Assembly: GCA_964546015.1 (NCBI GenBank)
Contig: CAZJHO010000003.1
Coordinates: 44,027 to 108,026, forward strand
DNA length: 64,000 bases
Reading direction: 5' to 3'
DNA from: an uncultured Paludibacter sp.
GTDB lineage: Bacteria > Bacteroidota > Bacteroidia > Bacteroidales > Paludibacteraceae
The notes under the pieces: model-generated
What the model saw: the letters and a program-made list of their open reading frames with translations, nothing else
What the model was told of the DNA's origin: nothing
Database searches by the model: none
Part shown: in pieces, positions 20,347 through 30,463 of the stretch
Layout of the letters: every line of letters begins with the position of its first letter
How positions within the stretch are numbered: position 1 is the stretch's first letter
Translations under genes and position numbers: made by a program

Positions 20347-21294
20347 TCAACCGGCAGCAATCAAAGAAGCAGCTCCCAATATAGCGGCATCGTCATCAGG
20401 CAATTTTGATAAGAGTAATTTGATTTTTCCTTTCCAAACATGAAGCAGATTTTTCTCCATATTTTCTCGGATAGGATTAACCAATAAATCTCCGGCTTTC
20501 GTTAATCCACCAAAAAGTACAATTGCTTCGGGTGCACTAAAAGCTGCAAAATTGGCAAAGGCTTCTCCTAATAATTTCCCTGTATAACGAAACACTTCTT
20601 GAGCTATGGTATCTCCTTTTTGTGCGGCTTCAAATACATCTTTCGATGTAATTTTTTCCAATGGAATAGCTCGCAATAAGCTATATTCATCTGTTTTTTC
20701 CAAAAATTCACGGGCTGTTGTTGCCACACCTGTTGCCGAAGTATAAGTTTCCAGACAGCCATGTCGGCCGCATCCGCAAGCACGACCATTATGGTATTCA
20801 ATCACAATATGTCCCAATTCTCCTGCAAATCCGTCAAATCCATATACTAATTGTCCGTTGACAACAATACCTGAACCTACGCCTGTTCCAAGTGTTATCA
20901 TGATAAAATTATGCATATCTTTAGCTACCCCATATGTCATTTCTCCTAGAGCAGCAGCATTTGCATCATTAGTAATGACACATTTTAAACAAAAGCGCTC
21001 GGACATTAGTTTTGCAAATGGTACAACACCTTTCCACGGTAAATTTGCCGAATTTACAATTTCACCCGTATAAAAGTTTCCATTAGGAACTCCTGCCCCG
21101 ATACCTCTTATGGTATCCGTTCCTCCTATTTTCTCTATAACCGGCAACAGAACCTTATACAACGCATCCACATATTCATTTATATCCGAATATTTGTTTG
21201 TTTTTACAGAAACACGATGAGATACATTTCCCTGTTCATCCACCAAACCTATTTTGGTAGATGTTCCACCCATATCTATTCCTATTATATACAT
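20347..21294 (-). CDS. ROK-family sugar kinase (glucokinase-like)
   Basis: IGIDMGGTSTKIG ATP motif. ROK Zn motif GELGHIVIEYHNGRACGCGRHGCLETYTSATG. Confidence 0.87.
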   Translation of the reverse strand: MYIIGIDMGGTSTKIGLVDEQGNVSHRVSVKTNKYSDINEYVDALYKVLLPVIEKIGGTDTIRGIGAGVPNGNFYTGEIVNSANLPWKGVVPFAKLMSERFCLKCVITNDANAAALGEMTYGVAKDMHNFIMITLGTGVGSGIVVNGQLVYGFDGFAGELGHIVIEYHNGRACGCGRHGCLETYTSATGVATTAREFLEKTDEYSLLRAIPLEKITSKDVFEAAQKGDTIAQEVFRYTGKLLGEAFANFAAFSAPEAIVLFGGLTKAGDLLVNPIRENMEKNLLHVWKGKIKLLLSKLPDDDAAILGAASLIAAG

Positions 21295-21371
21295 AATATT
21301 TATTACTACTTTTTTTTACAAAAATAATCAAATTAACCATTAACAATTAATCATTGATAATTTTAGTTTAG

Positions 21372-21379
21372 TATCTTTG
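21372..21379 (+). promoter_or_regulatory. -7 promoter box TAtcTTTG upstream of uvrB
   Basis: Exact TAnnTTTG 23 nt upstream of the uvrB ATG. Confidence 0.45.
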
Positions 21380-21401
21380 AATTTTTTAAAAGTTAAAAAA
21401 A

Positions 21402-23411
21402 ATGTTGTTTGAATTAACTTCCGAATATCAACCGACCGGCGATCAGCCTGAAGCCATAAAAAATTTGGTAGATGGATTAAATGCAGATGAAAAAACACAA
21501 GTTTTATTAGGTGTTACCGGATCCGGAAAAACATTCACTATTGCTAATGTAATAAATCAAGTAAACCGACCTACACTGATTTTAAGTCACAACAAAACTT
21601 TAGCCGCACAGCTTTATAGCGAATTTAAAACTTTTTTTCCTCATAATGCAGTTGAATACTTTGTTTCGTATTATGACTATTACCAGCCCGAAGCGTATAT
21701 TCCATCAAGAGATTTATACATTGAAAAAGATTTAGCCATCAATGATGAAATCGAAAAATTGCGATTGGCTACGACTTCTTCCCTTTTGTCCGGACGACGC
21801 GATATAATTGTTGTTTCTTCTGTTTCTTGCTTATATGGAATGGGAAATCCGGATGATTTTAACGCAGGAATGATAAAAATCCGAAAAGGGCAAAAAATAA
21901 CCCGCAATGCATTCTTGCGTATCTTAGTTGATACAGCTTATGTTCGAAACGATCTTGAACTTAATAGAGGAAATTTTCGGGTAAAAGGTGAAACAGTTGA
22001 TGTTTTTTTAGCTTATGACGAAATTGCAGTCAGAATCACTTTCTGGGGCGATGAAATAGAAGAAATATCAACCCTTGATCCTATATCAGGTCATATTTTA
22101 TCTTTTTTCGAAGAATATAGAATTTATCCGGCATCTATTTTTGTTACCAATAAAGAAAGTGTGCAACGGGCTATTATTCAAATTCAAGATGACCTACAAA
22201 AACAACTAATTCATTTTGAATCAGAAGGTAGGATATTTGAAGCAAAACGACTTAACGAACGGATTAATTATGATATAGAAATGATGCGCGAATTGGGGTA
22301 TTGTTCCGGTATAGAAAACTATTCGCGCTATTTTGACGGACGAAAAGAAGGCTCCCGCCCATTTTGTTTGTTGGACTATTTCCCGAATGATTTTTTAATG
22401 GTAATTGACGAAAGTCATGTTACATTACCTCAAATACATGCTATGTATGGTGGCGACTATGCCCGTAAATCTAATTTGGTAGAATATGGATTCAGACTTC
22501 CTGCTGCTAAAGACAATCGACCACTTAAATTCGAAGAGTTCGAGCAAATGGTTACTCAAACTATTTATATAAGCGCTACACCTAGCGATTATGAACTTAA
22601 AAAAACAGGCGGAAGCGTAGTTGAACAACTTATTCGTCCGACAGGATTACTTGATCCGGAAATTGAGGTGCGCCCTACACTAAATCAGGTGGACGATTTA
22701 ATGGAAGAAATTGCACAAAGAGCCGAAAAAGACGAACGCATACTAATAACCACCCTTACCAAAAGAATGGCAGAAGAGCTAAATGCATATTTAGGAAGAC
22801 ATAATATTCGATGCAGCTATATCCATTCTGACATAGAAACTTTAGAGCGTGTAAAAATATTGGAAAACCTACGAAAAGGGCTTATTGATGTATTAATTGG
22901 TGTCAATCTGCTACGCGAAGGGCTTGATCTGCCCGAAGTTTCATTAGTCGCCATTCTCGATGCGGATAAAGAAGGTTTTCTCCGATCTCACCGTTCTTTG
23001 ACACAAACCGCAGGGCGCGCTGCCCGAAACCTGAACGGCAAAGTAATTATGTATGCCGACAAGATAACCGAAAGTATGCAGCGTACCATAGATGAAACTA
23101 ATCGCCGGCGCGAGAAACAATTAGCATACAACGAAATACATCATATTACACCGCAAGCACTCAACAAAACCATAACAGCTTCTGTATTTAAAGAATTAAA
23201 AGAAAACAAAATTTACATAGAACCTCAAGAAATAGAAATAGCTGCCGACCCGGTAATACAATACATGACTAAAACACAATTGGAAAAAACTATAGAAAAA
23301 ACAAAAAAAGCCATGTTTAAAGCTGCCAAAAATCTCGAATTTATCGAAGCTGCCCAATACCGCAACGAATTGATGAAATTGGAAGAGTTATTAATACAGA
23401 AGAAAAAGTAA
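21402..23411 (+). CDS. uvrB: Excinuclease ABC subunit B
   Basis: GVTGSGKT Walker A, DESH box (VIDESHVTLPQ), helicase motif VI (QTAGRAARN), and C-terminal UVR domain (EFIEAAQYRNELMKLEE). Confidence 0.97.
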   Translation: MLFELTSEYQPTGDQPEAIKNLVDGLNADEKTQVLLGVTGSGKTFTIANVINQVNRPTLILSHNKTLAAQLYSEFKTFFPHNAVEYFVSYYDYYQPEAYIPSRDLYIEKDLAINDEIEKLRLATTSSLLSGRRDIIVVSSVSCLYGMGNPDDFNAGMIKIRKGQKITRNAFLRILVDTAYVRNDLELNRGNFRVKGETVDVFLAYDEIAVRITFWGDEIEEISTLDPISGHILSFFEEYRIYPASIFVTNKESVQRAIIQIQDDLQKQLIHFESEGRIFEAKRLNERINYDIEMMRELGYCSGIENYSRYFDGRKEGSRPFCLLDYFPNDFLMVIDESHVTLPQIHAMYGGDYARKSNLVEYGFRLPAAKDNRPLKFEEFEQMVTQTIYISATPSDYELKKTGGSVVEQLIRPTGLLDPEIEVRPTLNQVDDLMEEIAQRAEKDERILITTLTKRMAEELNAYLGRHNIRCSYIHSDIETLERVKILENLRKGLIDVLIGVNLLREGLDLPEVSLVAILDADKEGFLRSHRSLTQTAGRAARNLNGKVIMYADKITESMQRTIDETNRRREKQLAYNEIHHITPQALNKTITASVFKELKENKIYIEPQEIEIAADPVIQYMTKTQLEKTIEKTKKAMFKAAKNLEFIEAAQYRNELMKLEELLIQKKK

Positions 23412-23612
23412 GGTTTATATTTTCAATAGTAATGCAAATCGGTAGTTGTTGTATTTAAAAATTGAATAATACTCCCAAAGAGAGTTGATATGAACCGAAG
23501 GTCATGACGAATAGGAAAATAACTGTGCACTCCACATATGGTTATTTACATCTTGTCCCTTGGGAAGTTTAACTACTGATTCATATTATTTGTTAGTATT
23601 AAATATAATATT

Positions 23613-23620
23613 TATCTTTG
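23613..23620 (+). promoter_or_regulatory. -7 promoter box TAtcTTTG upstream of the AAA ATPase gene
   Basis: Exact TAnnTTTG 44 nt upstream of ATG 23664. Confidence 0.4.
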
Positions 23621-23663
23621 GACAAATTAAAAATTGAACTTTATAATTGTCCGAATAAAAATT

Positions 23664-24821
23664 ATGAATCTAATAACCAGAAAAATAACATCGGAAATAG
23701 ATAAATTAAAAGATTTCTATCCTGTCATAACTATTACCGGACCAAGACAAAGTGGTAAAACTACATTGTGTAAAAACCTGTTTCCTACTTACAGGTATTT
23801 TAATTTAGAAGATGCTATATTGCTAAACCGCATAAAAGAAGACCCTAAAGGATTTATAAATGAAACCCAAGATGGCATGATAATAGATGAAGTGCATCAT
23901 TATCCTGAACTATTTTCTTTTATTCAGGTAACGGTCGACCAATATCCAAAAAGAAAATTTATATTGACAGGTAGCAGTAATTTTTCCTTATTACAAAATA
24001 TAACGCAAAGTTTAGCCGGCAGAACGGCTTTATTTACTTTGCTCCCTTTTTCTATCGATGAACTTGGCGATAAAGTCAAGAAATCAACTACTGATGAATT
24101 AATATTAAATGGTGGATATCCGGGTATATGGGTAAATCACATTCCTCGTTATGCCTTTTACCGGAATTATTATTCAACCTACATAGAACGCGATGTCCGA
24201 CAAATTGTTCACATTAAGGACATTTCTCTTTTCCAGAAATTTATCCGGTTGTGTGCCGGTCGAATCGGAACAGAGTTCAATGCTTCTCATTTAGCAAATG
24301 AAGTTGGCACTTCGGCTCCAACCATTACAAACTGGCTGAGCGTACTGGCAGCTTCTTATATTGCCTATATGTTGCCCCCATATTACGAAAATATTGGCAA
24401 AAGACTGATTAAAACATCTAAAATCTATTTTTATGATGTAGGCTTAGCTTGCTATTTATTAGGAATAGAAAACGATACACACTTAAAATCGCATCCCTTG
24501 CGAGGAGCATTATTTGAAAATATGATTATTAACGAAGCTATGAAAAATAGGTTTAACCAAGGTAAAGATCCCGATTTGTACTTTTACAAAGATAAATCAC
24601 AACGGGAAGTTGATTTAATTCATACACAGGCAAACGATTTATATGCCTACGAAATAAAATCGTCCCAGACTTTCCATAAAGATTATTACAGTGGTATCAA
24701 TTATTTAAAAGATTTATTTGGTGGCAGGTTAGTCCGTTCTGCCTTAATTTACGATGGAGAGATAGAAAAAATTACAAACGAAAACGGAGCATTCAATTTC
24801 CGTAATTTTCATCTAGATTAA
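23664..24821 (+). CDS. Stand-alone AAA-family ATPase with C-terminal DUF4143-like domain (COG1373 type)
   Basis: Walker A GPRQSGKT, Walker B MIIDEVH, then the ...YFYDVGL... / ...GALFENMIINE... / ...REVDLI... pattern typical of AAA_14 + DUF4143 proteins. Confidence 0.8.
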   Translation: MNLITRKITSEIDKLKDFYPVITITGPRQSGKTTLCKNLFPTYRYFNLEDAILLNRIKEDPKGFINETQDGMIIDEVHHYPELFSFIQVTVDQYPKRKFILTGSSNFSLLQNITQSLAGRTALFTLLPFSIDELGDKVKKSTTDELILNGGYPGIWVNHIPRYAFYRNYYSTYIERDVRQIVHIKDISLFQKFIRLCAGRIGTEFNASHLANEVGTSAPTITNWLSVLAASYIAYMLPPYYENIGKRLIKTSKIYFYDVGLACYLLGIENDTHLKSHPLRGALFENMIINEAMKNRFNQGKDPDLYFYKDKSQREVDLIHTQANDLYAYEIKSSQTFHKDYYSGINYLKDLFGGRLVRSALIYDGEIEKITNENGAFNFRNFHLD

Positions 24822-24970
24822 AAAACTATTTAAATTTTCATTTTTTTTCTTTCAAAATATTTGCAAGTACGAAAAACACTTGTTACATTTGTCACCAGTT
24901 TTGATTGTCAAAACAAAAAGAAACTTTATAAACTTATTTTAATAACAAACAATTTTAAAATTTAATCATT

Positions 24971-25702
24971 ATGAAAAAGTTATTACTTTCGGTAGCTGCT
25001 CTTGCTTTAGTAGCTTTTAGTGCAAATGCAGAAGACAAAACATGGAATTTTTCAACATGGGCTGATGGCACTGGTTATCCTCTAGGACCAACGGTAGTAG
25101 ACGGATTAACAATAAATGGAATTGAAAGCAACACTAACTTTATGGCTATTAATGCTAATAACAAAACAATAGGTGGTGTAGCTTTCACCAAAAGAGCTCA
25201 AACAAATGGTGCAGGATTTGGAACAGGTCAAGATGAAGGTATTCCAACTCAAAGGTATGTTTCTTTCAATGTAGCAGGAGCTTCAACTGTAAAAGTTTGG
25301 TTTATGTCAGGAAATACATCTTCTACAAGATGGGCTATTGTTAGTAATGGTACCACTGTTGTTGATAAAGCTAGCGAAACAAATCAAGCTACAGGAACAG
25401 TACTCGAAGCTAGTTACACTGGACCTGCTGGAACATTGTATGTATATGGTGATGCAGCAATCAACATTTATCAAATTTCAGCAACGAATGTAACTACAGG
25501 CATTAAAGATGCAATTTCTTCAGATCTTCTTAAGAAAGTAGGTAACGAATTAGTAAACCCAACTAACTTAGAGGTTACTGTTATCGGTGTAGGTGGTGCT
25601 AAAGTATTAACTTCATCTGAAGCTTCAATTAATTTAAGTGGTTTAGCTGCTGGTCAATATGTTGCTGTAACAGCTCAAGGTAGTTTGAAATTTATCAAAT
25701 AA
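24971..25702 (+). CDS. Secreted protein of unknown function with a probable T9SS C-terminal sorting domain
   Basis: Signal peptide MKKLLLSVAALALVAFSANA. The C-terminal ~75 aa (...VTVIGVGGAKVLTSSEASINLSGLAAGQYVAVTAQGSLKFIK) has the beta-sandwich CTD pattern of type A T9SS cargo. Confidence 0.6.
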   Translation: MKKLLLSVAALALVAFSANAEDKTWNFSTWADGTGYPLGPTVVDGLTINGIESNTNFMAINANNKTIGGVAFTKRAQTNGAGFGTGQDEGIPTQRYVSFNVAGASTVKVWFMSGNTSSTRWAIVSNGTTVVDKASETNQATGTVLEASYTGPAGTLYVYGDAAINIYQISATNVTTGIKDAISSDLLKKVGNELVNPTNLEVTVIGVGGAKVLTSSEASINLSGLAAGQYVAVTAQGSLKFIK

Positions 25703-25724
25703 ATATAAATTTTATTTTAAAATG

Positions 25725-25755
25725 AAAATCCTCTCCTTATGGAGAGGATTTTTTT
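25725..25755 (+). terminator. Rho-independent terminator after the T9SS cargo gene
   Basis: 12-bp stem AAAATCCTCTCC / GGAGAGGATTTT, TTAT loop, and a T run. Confidence 0.85.
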
Positions 25756-25911
25756 ATGTCAAAAAAACAACTTCATACTTTTATCCGGGATAAAGTAAAA
25801 TTTCATATTATTAACCTGAGTTTGATTGATATTTAACTATATGCTTGTCCTTGCGGGACAAAAACAGATTCAATATCAATCGTTTTATTAATTGAACTCA
25901 GGTTTATATAT

Positions 25912-25948
25912 AAAAAAAATCCTCACTCCTATTTATGAAGTGAGGATT
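25912..25948 (-). terminator. Rho-independent terminator after glnA
   Basis: 10-bp stem AATCCTCACT / AGTGAGGATT. On the minus strand it is followed by an 8-T run. Confidence 0.8.
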
Positions 25949-25969
25949 TGCTTTATACAATAAATGAAA

Positions 25970-28168
25970 CTATCGTATAAATAATAATTCACGATACTTT
26001 GGTAATGGCCACATTTCATCATCTACAATCAATTCTAAATGATCAATTGCGTCGCGTAATATGTTGAAATAAGGCAAAACAGTATTATGGTAAGCCAATG
26101 CTTTCTCTCTTTCCGATTCTATCCGGTTAGCTTTTTTACGAGCTTCGGTCATTTCGCCCACTTTCGTTTTAATAACAGAAACATAATTTGCTATCTCTTC
26201 TATAATTTCCATATTCTGAGCAGATAAAACAGAAGCTTTATCTGCCGGAAAAACAGATTTTGTCTTATACACATTATCCAGCAACATACCTTGATAACGA
26301 TTTGCCACAGGAATAATATGATTAATGGCTAAATCGCCCAGTACGCGTGATTCTATCTGCACTTTTTTAGTATAAATCTCCCATTTAACTTCATTTCGTG
26401 CATGAAGCTCCACCTCATTAAGCACACCTGTTTTGGCAAACATTTCAATATTTTCTTTTTTTGTGTACTCATCAAAAATTCTCGGCACACAAGTTTCGCA
26501 GTTTAACCCTCGTCGAGCTGCTTCTTTTTGCCATTCTTCACTATATCCGTTTCCATTAAAACGAATTGGTTTTGATATCTTAATATATGATTTTATTACC
26601 TCAAAAATAGCTTTTTCCTTAGTAATCCCTGACGAGATTTTAGCATCTACCTCTGTCTTAAAATCTATCAATTGAGCTGCTACAGAAGAGTTTAAGGCAA
26701 TAAGAGCTGATCCGCAATTTGCCGAAGAACCTACTGCACGGAACTCAAAACGATTTCCGGTAAATGCAAAAGGCGAAGTTCGGTTACGATCGGTATTGTC
26801 TAACAAAACTTCAGGAATATGCGGTATGCCCAAACTCATTTTTTTCTTATTATCAAAAACAATCATCTCATCACTCGAACTGTTTTCTATTTTATCTAAA
26901 ATTTCCGTTAGCTGAGAACCTAAAAATGCTGAAATTATTGATGGAGGAGCTTCATTTCCACCTAAACGATGAGCATTATTTGCCGACGCAATAGAGGCTT
27001 TTAATAATCCGTTGTGTTTATACACGGCCATCAACACATTGACCAAAAAAGCAACAAATTGCAGGTTCTCTTTAGGAGTTTTACCTGGAGTAAGCAAACC
27101 TACTCCGGTATCTGTTCCCAAAGACCAGTTATTGTGTTTACCGGAACCATTTACTCCGGCAAAAGGTTTTTCGTGTAGCAACAAGCGAAAACCATGTCGG
27201 CGAGCCACTTTCTTCATAATAGACATCATCAACAAGTTTTCATCGTTTGCCAAATTGGCTTCCCCAAAAATCGGTGCCAACTCAAATTGATTCGGAGCTA
27301 CTTCATTATGACGGGTTTTCAAAGGAATACCATATTTATATCCTTCAAATTCAACATCTTTCATATAAGCAGCTACACGACTTGGTACCGATCCAAAATA
27401 ATGATCTTCCAATTGTTGATTTTTAGCAGATTCATGCCCCATTAATGTACGACCTGTAAGCAATAAATCCGGACGCGTAGCATATAAACCTTCGTCTATC
27501 AAGAAATATTCTTGCTCCCAACCTAAAAATGGAATAATTTTTTTTACATTCGGATCAAAATAATGACAAACATCCAATGCTGCTTTTTTAACTGCATTCA
27601 AAGCTTTCAACAAGGGGGCTTTATAGTCGAGCGATTCTCCTGTATAAGAGATAAAAATAGTTGGGATACATAATGTATCATCCACAACAAATGCAGGTGA
27701 AGAAGGATCCCAAGCGGTATAACCACGCGCCTCAAATGTGCTGCGGATTCCTCCATTAGGGAAAGATGAAGCATCAGGCTCTTGTTGTGCAAGTAATTTT
27801 CCTGAGAAAACTTCAATTACATTTTCCCCGGGAACCCCATCTACATAATCAATAAAAGAGTCGTGTTTTTCTGCAGTACCGTCAGTCAATGGCTGGAACC
27901 AGTGAGAATAGTGTGTAGCGCCAAGTTCCATCGCCCATTGCTTCATGCCCGAAGCAACTTCATCTGCTATACTACGATCTATTGTTACACCATTATCAAT
28001 TGCATTATTAATGGCTTTTATAGTTTCTTTAGAAAGATATTTTTCCATCGTTGAACGGGTAAAAACATATCTTCCGTAAAAATCAGATGTAAATTTAGAG
28101 GGAGCGGTTACAACAAGTGCTTTTTTCTTAAAAGCTTCTTCTACTGCTTTAAATCGTAGTGTTGACAT
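25970..28168 (-). CDS. glnA: Glutamine synthetase type III
   Basis: 732 aa, the size and layout of Bacteroides-type GSIII. Conserved segments GSGKHNNWS, NRTSPFAFTGNRFEFRAVGSS, HNEVAPNQFELAP. Confidence 0.93.
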   Translation of the reverse strand: MSTLRFKAVEEAFKKKALVVTAPSKFTSDFYGRYVFTRSTMEKYLSKETIKAINNAIDNGVTIDRSIADEVASGMKQWAMELGATHYSHWFQPLTDGTAEKHDSFIDYVDGVPGENVIEVFSGKLLAQQEPDASSFPNGGIRSTFEARGYTAWDPSSPAFVVDDTLCIPTIFISYTGESLDYKAPLLKALNAVKKAALDVCHYFDPNVKKIIPFLGWEQEYFLIDEGLYATRPDLLLTGRTLMGHESAKNQQLEDHYFGSVPSRVAAYMKDVEFEGYKYGIPLKTRHNEVAPNQFELAPIFGEANLANDENLLMMSIMKKVARRHGFRLLLHEKPFAGVNGSGKHNNWSLGTDTGVGLLTPGKTPKENLQFVAFLVNVLMAVYKHNGLLKASIASANNAHRLGGNEAPPSIISAFLGSQLTEILDKIENSSSDEMIVFDNKKKMSLGIPHIPEVLLDNTDRNRTSPFAFTGNRFEFRAVGSSANCGSALIALNSSVAAQLIDFKTEVDAKISSGITKEKAIFEVIKSYIKISKPIRFNGNGYSEEWQKEAARRGLNCETCVPRIFDEYTKKENIEMFAKTGVLNEVELHARNEVKWEIYTKKVQIESRVLGDLAINHIIPVANRYQGMLLDNVYKTKSVFPADKASVLSAQNMEIIEEIANYVSVIKTKVGEMTEARKKANRIESEREKALAYHNTVLPYFNILRDAIDHLELIVDDEMWPLPKYRELLFIR

Positions 28169-28293
28169 CTTTTATTCGTTTTTTTTAATTAGCAAACTAA
28201 AACAAAAATGAAATTGATAACAAAAAGAAATCAAAACAATTAAATATTGATGAAAATCTTGTTATTTGAAAAAATTACAACTCAATTTTCTTG

Positions 28294-28301
28294 CAAAGAT
28301 A
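28294..28301 (-). promoter_or_regulatory. -7 promoter box TAtcTTTG upstream of glnA
   Basis: Reverse complement of CAAAGATA, about 125 nt upstream of the glnA ATG and downstream of the BCCP-gene terminator. Confidence 0.4.
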
Positions 28302-28320
28302 TTTATTTTGAAGCAAATTG

Positions 28321-28360
28321 AAAAGCGCCAATCCAAAATTGTCCGGATTGGCGCTTTTTC
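28321..28360 (-). terminator. Hairpin terminator after the short biotinyl-carrier gene
   Basis: 14-bp perfect stem AAAAGCGCCAATCC / GGATTGGCGCTTTT directly after the stop at 28362. Confidence 0.75.
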
Positions 28361-28361
28361 A

Positions 28362-28688
28362 TTATTTTTCCAATACAAATAACAAGGTTTCCTTTGGAAT
28401 TTTAGCTCCTTTTTCCACCAAGATTTGTTTAATCTTAGCTGTAAATGGCATTTGTATTGTATTTTGCATCTTCATGGCTTCCAATATAAGTACCGGTTCA
28501 CCTTCTTTTACCGTTTCACCTTCTTTCACAAAAATATCTAAGATAGTGCCCGGAATAGACGAATGTACTTCCATTGGATTAGGGTTCTCCCAGAACTTAC
28601 GCATTTTATATTTTTTGGTCAGAAGCGTTTTATACTTGCGCGCAGTTATTGCAAAATCGACCAATTCGGGTTTATTTATTTCAGTCAT
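28362..28688 (-). CDS. Short biotin/lipoyl-attachment protein (biotin carboxyl carrier, 108 aa)
   Basis: Biotinylation motif EAMKM inside a lipoyl-like hybrid barrel (IPGTILDIFVKEGETVKEGEPVLILEAMKMQNTI). The opposite-strand ORF 28318..28704 is spurious. Confidence 0.82.
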   Translation of the reverse strand: MTEINKPELVDFAITARKYKTLLTKKYKMRKFWENPNPMEVHSSIPGTILDIFVKEGETVKEGEPVLILEAMKMQNTIQMPFTAKIKQILVEKGAKIPKETLLFVLEK

Positions 28689-28730
28689 GACTTTTATTAA
28701 TTAAAGTATTCCAATGAAATAGAAGATGGT

Positions 28731-28779
28731 GAATAGTGAGGAGTGAAATACTCACTTTCTCGCTATTTCACTCCCTATT
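28731..28779 (-). repeat. Intercistronic imperfect hairpin between the carboxyltransferase and carrier genes
   Basis: GAATAGTGAGGAGTGAAATA versus TATTTCACTCCCTATT: 16 bp pair with a 3-nt bulge. Fills the 91-nt gap between the two cistrons. Confidence 0.5.
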
Positions 28780-30324
28780 TTAGAATGGTGGTATTCCATG
28801 CTTTTTAGCAGGACGATAATCTTCTTTATTTTGACTCATTTGTAAAGCATGAAGTAATAAAGCACGGGTTTCAGCCGGTTCGATGACAGCATCAATATAT
28901 CCTTTAGATGCAGCTACATAAGGGTTTGCAAATTTGTCAATATACTCTTGTACCTTGATTTGACGCATAGCGTCTTGATCTTCGGCTTCCATAATTTCTT
29001 TGCGGAAAATAATGTTCGCAGCTCCCTCCGGACCCATTACGGCAATCTCGGCACTTGGCCACGAGAATACAAAATCAGCACCTAAGTGGCGCGAATTCAT
29101 AGCAATATAACCACCGCCATACGCTTTACGGAGAATTACAGTGCCTTTAGGCACAGTAGCTTCGGAGTAAGCATAAAGCATTTTAGCCCCGTGACGGATT
29201 ACACCTGCATGCTCTTGATCGACACCCGGAAGATAACCCGGCATATCTTCCAAAGTAATGATCGGAATATTGAACGAGTCGCAATAGCGGATAAAGCGGG
29301 CTGCTTTGTCTGAACTGTCGCAATCCAATACACCGGCCAAATACATAGGTTGGTTAGCTACAAAACCAATAGTTTCGCCATTCATACGCCCAAAACCGAT
29401 AACGATATTTGGTGCAAAAAGCTCTTGAATTTCAAAGAAATACGAATCATCTACCAACACTTTGATAATATCTCGTACATCATACGGTTGTTTTGGGTCG
29501 GCAGGGATAATGTCTTCGATGTTTTTCTTAAAGGTAGGTTTTTTAGGTTCGATAATTTTCGCTTTTTCACTGTTGCTGTGTGGGATAAGCGCAATAAGTT
29601 GTTTAATTTGCTCAAAACATTCTTTTTCGCTTTCGGCATAGAAATGTGCATTTCCTGTAATTTCGGCATGTACAAGAGCACCCCCAAGATCTTCTTGTGA
29701 GATTTTTTCTCCTAATACGGTTTCGATTACATTAGGACCTGTGATGAACATTTTTGAAATATTTTCCACCACAAAAACAAAGTCGGTCAAAGCAGGCGAA
29801 TAAACGGCTCCACCGGCACAAGGACCAAGAATAACCGAAATCTGTGGAACAACACCCGATGCAAGTGTATTGCGGTAGAAAATCTCACCATAACCTGCCA
29901 AAGCTCCGATACCTTCCTGAATACGCGCACCACCCGAATCGTTGATACCGATACAAGGCATTTTCATTTTCAAGGCGTGATCCATTATTTTAGTGATTTT
30001 ACGCGCATGTTTTAATCCGAGCGATCCCCCCATCACGGTGAAGTCTTGTGCATAAATACACACAGGTGCACCATAAATAGTTCCAGTTCCGGTAATTACA
30101 CCATCGCCGGCAAGTTCTCTTTTATCCATTCCGAAGTTGCGCTCTTCGTGTTGTACAAACAAATCGTACTCGTGGAAAGAATTTTCGTCCAATAGTTCTA
30201 CAATACGCTCACGGGCAGTCATTTTACCCATCGCCACCTGCTTTTCTATAGCCTCGTCGCCACCTCCTTTTTGAATAATGGCTTTCTTTTCGCGTAAAGC
30301 TAAAATGTTTTTCTTTAACGACAT
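28780..30324 (-). CDS. Acyl-CoA carboxyltransferase (propionyl-CoA carboxylase beta / methylmalonyl-CoA carboxyltransferase family), paralog 1
   Basis: 514 aa. [55 protein letters not shown]. Clear paralog of the mmdA product at 31424..32974. Confidence 0.9.
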   Translation of the reverse strand: MSLKKNILALREKKAIIQKGGGDEAIEKQVAMGKMTARERIVELLDENSFHEYDLFVQHEERNFGMDKRELAGDGVITGTGTIYGAPVCIYAQDFTVMGGSLGLKHARKITKIMDHALKMKMPCIGINDSGGARIQEGIGALAGYGEIFYRNTLASGVVPQISVILGPCAGGAVYSPALTDFVFVVENISKMFITGPNVIETVLGEKISQEDLGGALVHAEITGNAHFYAESEKECFEQIKQLIALIPHSNSEKAKIIEPKKPTFKKNIEDIIPADPKQPYDVRDIIKVLVDDSYFFEIQELFAPNIVIGFGRMNGETIGFVANQPMYLAGVLDCDSSDKAARFIRYCDSFNIPIITLEDMPGYLPGVDQEHAGVIRHGAKMLYAYSEATVPKGTVILRKAYGGGYIAMNSRHLGADFVFSWPSAEIAVMGPEGAANIIFRKEIMEAEDQDAMRQIKVQEYIDKFANPYVAASKGYIDAVIEPAETRALLLHALQMSQNKEDYRPAKKHGIPPF

Positions 30325-30463
30325 ATTTTTAAAGTTTTGAATAGTAAATTAAAAAGTTCGACAAAAGTAATACTAAATCTTTAGGGGGTAAAACAATTTA
30401 ATGTTTTCTTTTCAACAAATAAAAAAAAGACTTCCAAAAATTTAGAAATCTTTTTTTAACATG

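Noticed and set aside
23496-23505. 10-nt match (CCGAAGGTCA) to the tRNA-His anticodon-stem/variable region, considered as a possible att-site remnant of an integrative element.
   Set aside because: The match is too short to exclude chance. There is no integrase, no direct repeat partner and no other tRNA-like sequence around it.
24897-24913. Palindrome GTTTTGA-TTG-TCAAAAC in the leader of the T9SS cargo gene, considered as a possible operator.
   Set aside because: It is a short, AT-rich single occurrence with no adjacent regulator. The support is insufficient.
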